A stretch of DNA of 64,000 bases, taken from assembly GCA_951406725.2 (NCBI GenBank), contig OX597838.1:13702001-13766000 (forward strand). Reading direction: 5' to 3'. This DNA comes from Octopus vulgaris (taxonomy: Eukaryota). The notes beneath the pieces were generated by a model. It saw only the letters and a program-made list of their open reading frames with translations. It made no database searches and had not been told where the DNA came from. Shown piece after piece: positions 39,401-52,900 of this stretch. Numbering within the stretch: the stretch's first letter is position 1; each line of letters begins with the position of its first letter. The position numbers and the translations under genes were made by a program.

Positions 39401-42400
39401 TTCAAACAGTCAAGATCTGACCTCTTGCACTTACCCTATAATGCCATTGTCAAAATATACAATCACATCATCAAAATCTTAAAACAATGAGATAATGCAT
39501 GAAAATTCAAACTGATGTGAATAAGCATCGGGTATCACAACTACAATTTCAATTTTTTTTGTTTTCCCCATCAACATCAAATTAAAAATCAAATGGAAAT
39601 TGTAGTTGTGATACCTGTGTCCGTGGCCAATGCCTGCACTGCCTTGACTGGCTTCTGTGCCGGTCGCACGTAAAAAGCACCCACTACACTCACTACAGTG
39701 GGTGGCATTAGGAAGGGCATCCAGCTGTAGAAACAGTGCCAGATCAGACTGGAGCCTGGTGCAGCCTCCTGGTTTCCCAGACCCCGGTTGAACAGTCCAA
39801 CCCGTGCTAGCATGGAAAACGGACGTTAAACAATGATGATGATGATGTAAATAAAGAAGAAATTGCATTTGATAGCTGCTTATTTCTTTACATCGTTATG
39901 TGAATGACAATGAGAATATGCAACTATGCAATTTCTGTCAAATTCCATGACAGAATAATCTGAATGCTAAAAGGTTATCAACAATACTCTACTGTGAATC
40001 AATACTAAGAGACAATGATGCAACAATGCTACACAAATTCTATGATGTGTGAAGCTATGAGGCACATCTTTCACAGTATATAGCATAATTTGCTAGAAAG
40101 TATGAGATACTTACCGAGGAAGTATGTTCGTAGGTCCTGGGTCCAATGGACCAGGGACAAATATGAACCTACAACAGTCCTTAAGATTCTGGTATTTGCA
40201 GATTATATCACACAATTCAATAAACGATTCTGAAACAATACAAGATATGTTTTTATTATTATTATTACTGATAATATAACGGAGTGGTGGCAAAAGAGCA
40301 AACAGTAGTATTTCATTATCCTTTTAGCATTCAAACTGACCATATCCTGTTCTGGATGAAAGGCAAAATATAAACAGTACGATAGAATTTGCCTTTTATA
40401 TATATATGGTCTTCAACAGTTTAAATCATCTATTAGTTGAGGGGGAGGATGTAGCTAGAAGGGGCGAAATATCTATAGAAAGGGAGGAAAAGGGGGTGAT
40501 ATGTGGACATGAAATGACAAGAAACACGAGGTGAAACTAAATCAGAATAAGGCTTAACGAAATAAAATAGAAACATCGATGCATGGAATTTTTAAAAGAA
40601 AAGCCCTTAAACTGAAATGTCTTAACTGAAGAGATGAAGTCCCTTTTTATCTATTGAATAATGATCTGAAACATACATATTAAATGCATTCAAAATATCA
40701 TTCCTTGATTTGACTTTATTATTATTAAACATATATAGAAATACTAGCAGTATCGCCAGGCGTTGCTCGGGTTTGTAAGGGAAATAACTATATAAGCATT
40801 TTTAGAGTTATAGCCAAAAAATGCATTAAAAATGGGAAAAAAATGACGATAAATTTTTTTTTAAATCGTTGACTCATCGTAGACATTTTTAAAGAGTTAC
40901 TTCCCTTATATAATAGCGAAAAAATGCATTAAAATGGTAATTTTTTTAAAAAATCGTAGACGCACGCTAATACCCAGAAGGGCTCAATATGAATCACGAC
41001 TATAAGATACCCGGTTTTGGTTACACTGCACAGCAAAATGTGGGAGTAGTTAGGAATCTAAATCGTAGAAGACAGACACACAACCTTACTTTTATATATA
41101 AAGATATATATATTTCAATTAACAATCAGTGTTCATGCATTAGCATATCTGTGCCACAGATGCAAGGCTGAAAAAGACTATATATTACCTCGAAGTATTT
41201 TAGTGTGATTGGCCTGGTGACACAGCGACGTGAAGTTACCACAAAAAACAAATGCAACAGGGGGGTGTTCAGAATAACCACTAAACAACACCTTTAATTT
41301 GTCGACCACCTAAAAACCAAAAACAATTAAATAAATCACAATTTCTAACATAAGTACAAGGATCTAAATTTTGAAGATAGAGATATAAAAAATTAAGCTA
41401 GCACCAGAATAGGGAGTGCTCTTTTAGTAAATCACAACAGAATATCACTTCAGAAAGGAACTGAATAGAAAACTTTAGTCCACTACTTTATTAATTTGTC
41501 AATACAGTTAATTCTAACATTGTTCCTGTAACATTTTATTTTTTATCTTTTACTGGTTTCAGTCATTGGACTGCAGCCATCATCACCACAGGTTAAGCAG
41601 GGAAAAAAAATGGTCACACTACTTATTGTCCTTAAGGTCATTATTATATTATTAGATTAAGGCAAATTTCCTACGGCCAAATGCCATCCTGTTGTCAACC
41701 CTCATGTTTCTCAGGAAAGTAATATTTCCCCATAACCAGACGTTTCCATTGAAGATTGGAAACGAAGGACACTGCTTGTATGACAGTGACACTCATTTAC
41801 AACTATCACGTGAAGTCAAGACAAGGAGACAGTCGCACACACAATATGCACATACACAATGGTCTTCTTTCAATTTCCATCTACCAAATCTATTCACAAG
41901 GCTTTGAATAGCCAAAGTGTCATGCAGTGGGATTGAACCTAAAACCATGTGGTCAAAAAGCAAACTGTTACCATAGAGTGACACCTGCAAATTTTAAAAA
42001 GTAAACCAAAGAGAGAGTCTTTATGGGATTGCTAACCTTGCAAGAAATAGCATCCAAATTTTCCTTCAAATCACAATCTTATCGTTAACCTATTACCAAC
42101 TGAGATTACTCTGTCAAATGTAATATCTATTCATTCACGTTGTTGTGAATTAATCATGCATTAACTTGCAGCTTCAAGATTTTGGTGGTGTGATTGTTTT
42201 ATTTGTAGAATGCTGCAAGAGGCTGGTCTGTGCCAGTTACAGCATAAAGCAGAATACATGGACTGAATTTGGATGGTTTGAATGCTGAAGGGCTAAAAAA
42301 TAACACACTGAAATGCTTTTTATTTCGGTGCCGCAGCATGGCCGCGACCTTCGGGCCAAAACATTTTTAAGGATTTAACCCTTTAGTGTTCAGATTATTC

Positions 42401-43886
42401 AATCAAACATAATGCCTATTGATTCCCATTGATTTGAATTAATCATGCATTATCTCATATCTTCAAGATCTTGATGGTGTAATTACCTAATGTAGAATAA
42501 CATTGTAGGGTAGGTGTGAGGGCCTGAATCTGGTCAGTTTGAACATAAAACAGATTAGCTATTTTGGCCAGATATGGCCGGTTTAAATACTAAAGGGTTA
42601 AGGATATATATGAGCAAAAAAAACCCCCGTCCAATGGACGGCGCTGAGTTGTCAAACATTTAAACCAAATTTTCTCAAAACAACTTCTCCGACCATCCCA
42701 TAGGCCTCCCCTCTGAGAAACACTGATTTAACCCAAATTTGAGACACCAGCAAACGAAGAAATAAAGATAGACTTTTTTTTCTATTCCGAGAAAAACGAT
42801 TTTACAAATGCACGTTCCCACAGCTTTATCGATCGCATTCTCACCTGGAATCGATTTTTGTGATTTTTTCAACACTTATACATGCGCTGATACTGTCGGT
42901 ATCTACATATCAAATTTGAGCGCAATCGGATGAAGGATGCTCAAGATCCTAGAAGACACACACACAGACAGAACGGATTTTATATAATAGATAATTCGGT
43001 GTGAATGGTTTTGTTATACGGCACTGTATTTTACAATCTTGTAAATAACAATAATGGCATTTTTATATAAGCTTAGAGCTTATGGCGATCACTGTTGGGG
43101 GTTGTATACTTACTTTTGGTTCATCTAACCAAACGTCAGACAGAAAGACAAACATGGACTCTTGATTTTCGACTTCAAGGTGACGTAGCTTGTCTGAAGC
43201 CTTGGCACAGGTTTTGAGAGGACCTCCAAAAAAGTTGATGTTGCCGAAATAGGACCTGCAAGGTCAGAAGGTCAGAGTATGAAAGAAGCGGAGAAGGGGG
43301 CGGAGGAGAAAAGGAAAAAACATTACACCTGATATAATGCCGCAATAGGTATTTGGCCATACTGCAGCAGTCCTACAAATAAAGAAAGGCATTTCTTTGA
43401 AACACACAAGCGTAGCAGTGTGGATTAAGACATTTGCTTCCCAACAATCTGGTCTGAGTTTCAGTCCAACAAGACCCAGGTTGAGCAAAGCCTTCTGAAT
43501 GAATTCTGTAGACACAAACTTAGAGAAGCTTGATACACATACATGGCCGTGTGATAAGAAGCTTGCTTCCCAACCACATGGTTCCAGGTTCAGTCCCACT
43601 GCGTGGCACCTGGAACAAGTGTCTTCTAATATAACCTTGAGTCGACCAAAGCCTTGTGAGTAGATTAAGACAGCAGCTGAAAGAAGCCTGTCATATATAT
43701 ATATATATATATAGGCGCAGGAGTGGCTGTGTGGTAAGTAGCTTACTAACCAACCACATGGCTCCGGGTTCAATCCCACTGCGTGGCATCTTGGGCAAGT
43801 GTCTTCTGCTATAGCCCCGGGCCGACCAATGCCTTGTGAGTGGATTTGGTAGACGGAAACTGAAAGAAGCCTGTCGTATATATGTG

Positions 43887-43925
<39 letters not shown>

Positions 43926-46900
43926 TTGTGTGTCTGTGTTTGTCCCCCTAGCATTGCTTGACAACCGATGCTGGTGTGTTTACATCCCCGTCACTTAGCG
44001 GTTCGGCAAAAGAGACCGATAGAATAAGTACTAGGCTTACAAAGAATAAGTCGCGGGATCAATTTGCTCGACTAAAGGCGGTGCTCCAGCATGGCCGCAG
44101 TCAAATGACTGAAACAAGTAAAAGAGAGTATATATATATATATATATATATATGTTAAGACCTCCTTCAGTCATGAATGACCACAGGATTGCACCTAGAA
44201 ATGGCACCCTCTGAGGCACAAGTGCAGGCAAGGTTGTTTATGGAAGACCAGTAGTAACCCATGCTTACCCCCCCTCCCCATACCACCAATGTTATCCAAG
44301 TGAAGGACAAAGGCCAATACAGCTTTGCACCAGAGAGATCACAATTCATTTCTACAGATATGTGAACTGGGACAAAGTGAAATAAAATGTCTTGCTCAAG
44401 AACACAACATACAGTTCAGTTCAGGAACCAAACTCACTGTGTGTGTGTGTGTGTTCCCGTCATCACTTGGCAACAAGTGTTGGGTGTTTCCCAACCACAT
44501 GGTTTGGGGTTCAGTCCTGTGTGACATCTTTACGTCATTATACATCAATATATCTCGTAATGCAATACGTTGTGGATGCATTTTGTCCCTCAACTACTAC
44601 AAAAAAAAAAAAAAAAAATGTACAGGATGCATCAATGCAGTATTGTAATGCACCAAAAATTCCCATTGCATCAACACCACGAGACATCATTGTACTGTGC
44701 ACTGTGGCACAATCCAAAAGCAATAAGGAAAACTACCAACGCCATGTAGTTTCAGCAACACTTCACACTGCGGTGTGGCACATACATGCAATTATTGACC
44801 AAACAAAAATGTTATAAAGTGATTTACCTGGTAACGGAGGCAGGTTCAGGTGGTGGGAAGCCAAATGCCGTCACGTGGAAGATGCTGTCTTCATACCAAC
44901 CTTCAGCTAGTACAAAGCAGTTTTCAGTGAAAAGTCCAGTGTGGAAACTGTAGCACAAGTTAAAGAAACTGACAGAAAGTTTGGATTAACACTTGAAAGC
45001 CATAACGAGAGGCAAAAGACTAAACAATCAAAGTATGAGCAAGCGTGAATGTATATTACAGGTTCAGATCTGTAGCACACATGTGGTTCAAAAACTATAA
45101 ATAATATGAAGAGAAAATTAAAATATAAAACAAAGTATTAAGTTTCATCATCATCATCTAGCATCCGCTTTCCATGCTAGCATGGGTTGGACGGTTCAAC
45201 TGGGGTCTGGGAAGCCAGAAGGCTGCACCAGGCCCAGTCTGATCTGGCAATGTTTCTACGGCTGGATGCCCTTCCTAATGCCAACCACTGTGAGTGTAGT
45301 GGGTGCTTTTTACGTGCTAGACGAGGCTGGCAAACGGCCACGATCGGATGGTGCCTTTTACGTGCCACCGGCACGAGGCCAGTCGGGGCGGCGCTGGCAA
45401 CAGCCACGTTCGGATGGTTCTCTTACGTACCACCGGCACTGGTATCACAGCTGCAATTTCCATTGATGTTGATCGATTTTGATTTTGATTTTCACTTGCC
45501 TCAACTGGTCTTCACAAGTAGAGTTTTGTGTCCCAAGAAGGAAAGGCATGCATAAGTAGAATAGAAATTAGAAGGAAAAGTGTGTTTCAAGCATAATCTC
45601 TTCCTCTGAAAGAACAGACAAGGAGAGAGAAAGAGAGAAAAGAAAAAGAGAACATGTGAACCTATCAAACAGTCATGGCAATTTGAAGAGGTCGCCCTGG
45701 ATATGAGTGACGTGGTGGTGGTGGGGCACAACCAAGTAGAGCGTGCATGTGTGTGAATTGCCCTCTTTCAGTATACGTATACATTCGAAAGATATGCAGA
45801 TAATCACAAGCCACCGGCAAGAGAGGTCAAAGGTGAACACTACAGCAAAAAGCAGATAACCTATTGACACTTACCTTCCTCTCCAAATATATTTTTGGGG
45901 TGTTAATTTTTACTTTCCCGCCTTTCAATAGGTTTGTCTTTGACCATGCTGGATCCCACACATTCTTCTCACTCAGTACATTGGATAGGGATTAACAATT
46001 TATTCAACAACCATAAGATAGGCTGTACCAAGTTAGATGACACAAGTAGGTACAACCTCATATTACATTAAAACAAGTCAAAAACAAAAAGGATATTGCT
46101 CCAGTGAGATCAATAAGGACTGAGCCACTTGGGTCTTCAAGGTACCATTTCCCCTGAAATATTACAAAGAAATAATCTTGATTCATTAGTGTATCCAATA
46201 TCAATTTTGACAGCAAATGTTTATATTTGCTTCATAGTATATGAAAAAGAACAGTAGTTTTTAGTGCATAAAAAATCTGTAATTTAAGGCATAAGAAATC
46301 CATATTAATACTCATGTGTCAAAAACTTTATGTTCGCCTGTTTTTCACAACTGAAATATAACCAAGAATCCTAAAACCAATAACTTACGTTATCATTAAG
46401 CATTTGTGTGGGTTAGGCCACATAAAAATGCACCCAGTACACTCTGTAAAGTGGTTGGCATTAGGAAGGGAATCCAACCGTGGAAAACAGGGCAAAACAA
46501 TGCAACTTGGTGTGGCCCCAGCCATGCCAGGTCCTGTCAAGCTAACCCATACCAGCATGGAAAATGGATGTTAAATATTGATGATTACAGGTATGATTAA
46601 TAAAAAAAAAGTAATAGTTTACAATACATTTAAAAAATTTTTAACTTTAGAACTGTCAAAGTTCTGGCACATTGGAAATGGATTACCAATGTGCCACAAA
46701 AATGGTAATCAGTGACCAGGATTGAAATATAGCAAACAAGGGACAAACACATCAAAAGAGATCTCCGTTAGCATAATGTAAAATGTTTCAAAATTGGATT
46801 GGATTAGGATTGCATCAGGAAGGGCATCCAGCTGTAAGAACCATGCCAAAACAGACAACTGGAGTCTGGACAGCTTCCCACCTGGTCAACTCCTGTCAAA

Positions 46901-49900
46901 TCGTCCAACCCATGCTGACATGGAAAATGGATGATATATAAGATAGCCACAACACGCAAGTAAATTTGTGGCTACCCGCATGGTTCTTGGTCTCAAGCAT
47001 TTGTCTTATAAAGCAAGGATGAAGACACCCGACCTTCATTCTCTAGAAAAACGCCGCCGCCGTGGTGATCTCATTCTCGCTCACAACATCATAAGCGGAA
47101 AGTGTAACCTCTCGAAAGAGCTGTTCTTCACTCCTGCTCCAGAGCGTTGGCTGCGCGGTCACTCTGAAAAGCTCTATCTGCGACGAGTTAATCTCAATCG
47201 AAGGAGAGGAGCTTTCTCCGTCTGGGTTGCGGATCCATGGAATAAGCTGCCGGATGAGATAGTGAAGATGCTGACGACCGCTCGGTTCAAAGTCTCTCTT
47301 GACCAGAAATGGCCTGAACTCTTTGTATGAACACCACCCTGTACATAACTCCATGTCCCCCTACATGGCCTTGCTTTTTGCTTTTTGAGCCAAAAAATTA
47401 ACTTAACTTAAAGATTTGTGTGAGTATGTTAGCTTTGTCCCCCCACCCACTTGACAACTGGTGTTATTTTGTCTTTGCCCCTGTGACTAAGTGGTTTGAT
47501 ATCAACTTGTTCAACCAAACCCTTCAAGGGTGTCCAAGTGTGGCTGCAGCAAAGAAGAGAGAAAGGATAAAATGAAAAACGTTATAAACAAAAAAAAATC
47601 ACAAACCTCTTTCAGCTGTGTCAGCATCCCAAGAACAATGAGTTCTCCAACTTTAGATGTTGTACCCAGAAGGTGCTCGATCGGTTTCAGCTAAGGAAGG
47701 GAAATACAAAGAGATATCAAATATTCATTAACACATTTGTTATGTCTTGTTTAAAATTTCCAAGAGATAAACCCTAACTTGGGTGTTTGGACCTGAAACA
47801 ACCAAAATCCAGCAGAAATATGATGAAAGGCATTTCAGTTATTACCATGCAAATTTTTTGTTTTTCAGGAAAACATCTTTTTAACCAAGGTGCCACATAA
47901 AAAGCATTGGTGTGGGTGGTGGTGCCGCATGAAAAGCACTGGCAGTGGTGCCATGTGAAAAGCACTAGGAGCAGTGCCACATAAAAAGCACTCAGTACAC
48001 CCTGAAAATTGGTTGGCATTAGGAAGGGCATCCAGCTGTAGAAATCAAGCCAAGATAGAATATGGAACCTGGTGCAGTGTCCCTTGTCTTACCAATTCCA
48101 GTCAAGCTGTCCAAACCATACCAGCATGGAAAACATCTGAGTGACCCCCTATAGATTCCCTAATTAGACTGATGGCCCCTTAATTTTCATACAACAGAAA
48201 ATTTTTCAAATATAAATGATGTGGCCCAATGGGGCTAAACACAGAGGGGACAAACAAGGACAGACGAAGGGATTAAGTCGATTACATCGACCCCAGTGCA
48301 TAACTGGTACTTTATCGACCTCGAATGGATGAAAGGCAAAGTCGACCTCGGCGGAATTTGAACCCACAACGTAACGACAGACGAAATATGGCTATGCATT
48401 TCGCCCGGCGTGCTAACGTTTCTGCCAGCTCGCCGCCTTTGTAGATTTGTAGACCACCAATGAATTAAATCAAGCTTCGTGAAACCTTTTAATATCAACC
48501 CAGCCAAAACTTCCTGTTTGAAGTGATCAAAAGCTTTCATCAAAATTCCATGCTAATTTATGTTCCAAATATCAGTTTAATTACGACAAAGTTATTTCAC
48601 TAAATTCTTTATAACAATATCTAGGTCTGCTGAACCAAGTCTGACTCGTAGCTAACAAGAATTCAAACAACAAGCGTACCTGAAATTTTTGAGAATTATC
48701 ATCCATGTTTCCAATGGCTGGTGGTGTAAATAGATGATGGCGCATAGTTCTCTGAAGAATATTAGAGAGAAAGAAGGGGTTAAGGACATGAGCAGAAAGT
48801 AGGGACTAGGAACATTGGTGGAAAAATAGGGGTCAACATTGCTTTGTCTACTTCACGCAAAATCTGGTGAACATGTGGTAACTTTGTCAATCAATCAATT
48901 AGCTAGTCTGATAACAAATATGTAGTGAGTGCAAAACAGATAGATAAGAGAAGCAGTGAGGTGGACAGGGGCGATTTGTGTTACTTATGGGGTTGATGGT
49001 TTAATATATAGTAGCTTTGTAAAGATACAAACATATGGAAATATATAAGATCCAGAAAGCATAGGAACCCCAACAATATATATATACATATATATATAGA
49101 TAGATAGATAGAATGGCGTGGAGGCGCAATGGCCCAGTGGTTAGGGCAGCGGACTCGTGGTCGTAGGATCGCGGTTTCGATTCCCAGACCGGGCGTTGTG
49201 AGTGTTTATTGAGCGAAAACACCTAAAGCTCCATGAGGCTCCGGCAGGGGATGGTGGTGATCCCTGCTGTACTCTTTCACCACAACTTTCTCTCACTCTT
49301 ACTTCCTGTTTCTGTTGTACCTGTATTTCAAAGGGCCGGCCTCGTCACTCTCTGTGTCACGCTGAATATCCCCGAGAACTGCGTTAAGGGTACACGTGTC
49401 TGTGGAGTGCTCAGCCACTTACACGTTAATTTCACGAGCAGGCTGTTCCGTTCATCGGATCAACCGGAACCCTCGTCGCCGTAACCGGCGACTTGATATG
49501 CAACAGACTTCCCTTGCCTTAGCCACCCGTATGTCTCTCTACAGGACACCTATTCCTGTCCATCTTTCCTATTTTAGCCTCTCTACACCTGATGCAATAC
49601 CAGCTTCCTCAATATTGCACTCTCTGTGAAGGGATCTTTCTTTGCATGTTACTTAAGTACTTTTAGCCAGAAAAAAAAAGCACCCAACACATTTTGTAAA
49701 GATGTTAGCATTGGGAAGGGCATCCAGCCACAGAAACCTTGCCAAAGCAGGCAAGAGACCAACAAACCATTCAGACTAGTTGGATCCAGTCAAACCATCC
49801 AACACCCATGCCAGCATGGAACACGGATGTTAAAGGAAGATGATGATGAGGAGGATTCAGTAATGCCACTGGCAGTCCACCTCCAGGCCTGATCGAACGA

Positions 49901-52900
49901 TTTCAATTAACTGAGAGTATCAGATATTCAACTTCTACGACATTAAGTGAATCTAGTCACGTAATCAGATTCCAGAGAGAACGACAAATATAAGGCTTAC
50001 CATTTATAAGAACTCAATGTCCCACATTATATTTATACACCTGTCCATTTCTCCTGTGTAGCAGTTTCTAACAAGGAAATGATGAAATCTAAAGTTAAGG
50101 ACTCACCTGATAGAGTAACATATAACGATCCTTAAACAATTTCCCGAGGTCAGCTGGTTGTCCATGAAGTAGGGGTGGTGACAAGCAGAGTTCTTGGTTT
50201 CTGTTTATGAAATATAAAAACATCATTTAACACCAACTTTTCCATGCTTGTATGCGTCAGATAGATCACAAAGTGAATTTCCTATGGCCGGACGCCCATC
50301 TTGTCACCAACCCTCACCTGTTTCCAAGCAAGGTGATATATCACACATGGCCACACGTTTTTCCGGGGAAGACCAGACACGAATAATGCTTGTAAACAGT
50401 GATACTCACGACTATCAGGTGTCAAGACAGGAGCACACACACACAGATCTACCAATTACTCCGACCCCAACCAAACCCCTTCTATCCCTCATTCTCCTTA
50501 ACATCATTTTTCACACCATCTTCACTGATTACCTCCTTTCTGTGCCTTTGATTATCTTCCCCACTCCTCTGACATACTTCAACACCTTCTCAAAGCTACC
50601 ATCGCATCCCACTTGCTCTAGCCACTCTTATGCACTGCTACATTTCCCTCCCCACCACTCCTGCACCTTGCACATCATCACCCACTTCTTCCTGATCTGG
50701 TATTTCCTATCAACTGCATCTGCACTTTTGTTCATCACTCACTCCAATTGTCCGTTGTGGCATGGTTTCTATGGCTAGATGCCCTAACGCCAACCACTTT
50801 AGTGTGTGCTGGGTGGTTTTTACATGCCACTGGCATGCATGCATTCACACAACACTAGCACGAGTGCATTTTATGTGACACAGGCACCCGTAAAGGACCC
50901 ATGTATGGATGACGATTTTACCTGGCTTCACATGCGTCCTTAAGTACAGCAAATTGCCACAACCCCTGGTCCTTAGTCGTTTCCTCAGCGAGGCCCAGCA
51001 TCCAAAATTCCTCTCTCACCACTTTGTGCCACGTCTACCTGAGTCTACTTCCTCAAGTTCCATCCACAATTAGAGATCGGCACTTCTTCATGCAGCTGTC
51101 CTCATCCATCTGTATCACATCACCAAACCAGCACAATCTTCTTTCTTGCACTCAACATCTGATGCCGCTTATACCCAAGTTTTCCTCTTATGTCATTTAC
51201 TCTCTTGTGTGCTGACATTACCCATCCAGCAGAGCATGCGAGCTTCATTTCTTTCAAACCTTTGCAAGTCTTCTGCAGTCAAAGCCCATGTTCCACTGCC
51301 ATGTAGCACAGCTGTACATATACAAGCATCTGACTTACACCCTCCCCACAAAAATTGATGGCCAAAATGTGAAACCATTATTAACCCTTTTGCTACCAAC
51401 CCGGCTGAAATCAGCCCTGGCTCTGAGTGCAAATGTTTTGTTTCCAAAAGTTCTGAATTAAAATCTTCCACCAAACCTTAGTCACAAATTTATGTTCCTA
51501 ACATTAGCTTAATGATAACTCTCTCTTTACTCTTTTACTTGTTTCAGTCATTTGACTGTGGCCATGCTGGAGCACCACCTTTTAGTCGAGCAAATCGACC
51601 CCAGGACTTCTTTGTAAGCCTAATACTTATTCTATTGGTCTCTTTTGCTGAACTGCTAAGTTATGGGGACGTAAACACACCAGCATCGGTTGTCAAGCGA
51701 TGTTGGGGGGACAAACACAGACACACAAACATATACACATACACATATATACGACGGGCTTCTTTCAGTTTCCGTCTACCAAATCCACTCACAAGGCTTT
51801 GGTCGGCCCGAGGCTATAGTAGAAAACATTCGCCCAAGGTGCCACGCAGTGGGACTGAACCCGGAACCATGTGGTTGGTAAGCAAGCTATATTTTACCAA
51901 ATTATTTGTTATATTTACAGTAATTGAAAGAAACACAGAGCATCTCAAAATAAACACGGTAATGAAAGGGTTAAGTTGATGTCTGAAACATAAATTAACA
52001 TGAAGTCTTAATAGAATGCTTTTATTTAAATCACTCTAAAAGAGGAAGTTTGTATCATAGAACCAAGGGTGGTTTTGAGAGGGTTGATACTGAAGGGGTC
52101 AAAGGGGAACAAGATCAACCCAGAAAAAAAAAAAAAAAAAAAAAGCAGCAAACTTTAAAGGATAACTTACAAAATGAATTTTTTCCGTTCATCAGCATAA
52201 GTGTATCTTGGCACTGAAAATGCATCAATCACACTAAAGGCATTTTCTCTGAAATCAAACAACAAATATTTTAAATGACAAAGATGGTCAAGACTAAAGA
52301 GCTATATTCTGTTTCAAATCTCAAAGTTGGTAACAAGAGATTTTAAGTTTCCAAGTAAAAACAAATGTCATTACATCAAGATTTACTTTACCAGGTACAG
52401 ATGTCAACTCTCATTTAGTCCTCTTTTCAGTAAATCTTTTATGACTAGACTGTTGGAAATGTTTCCATTAATTTGAAGAATTTTCAGTACAGATATGGCT
52501 GTGGTTAACAAGCTTACTTCCCAACCACATGATTTTGAGTTCAGTCCCACTGCATGGCACCTTGAGCAAGTATCTTCTAATATAGCCTCAAGTAAACACA
52601 CTACACTCACAGAGTGGTTGGCGTTAGGAAGGGCATCCAGCTGTAGAAACACTACCAGATCAGACTGGAGCCTGGTGCAGCCTCCTGGCTTCCCAGGCCC
52701 CGGTAAAACTGTCCAACCTGTGCTAGCACGGAAAACGGACGTTAAACGATAATTTTATTTGTCTGGTAAGAGGAGTTATGTGGTAAGGTAAATCTTGATG
52801 TAATGATACATTTGTTACAAAAAACCCCAGATATTTTGATGTGGTGTGAAAGAAAGAAAGTTGTAAATATAGTTGAGCTAACGGTTCTTCATGAAGATAA

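Noticed and set aside
45872-46012. Extra AG...GTAAG exon inside the U12 intron
   Set aside because: Contains stops and has no POLE2 homology; could be a cryptic exon but the sequence alone does not support it.
49112-49190. tRNA gene
   Set aside because: The tRNA-like head continues into a SINE body and there is no clean cloverleaf.
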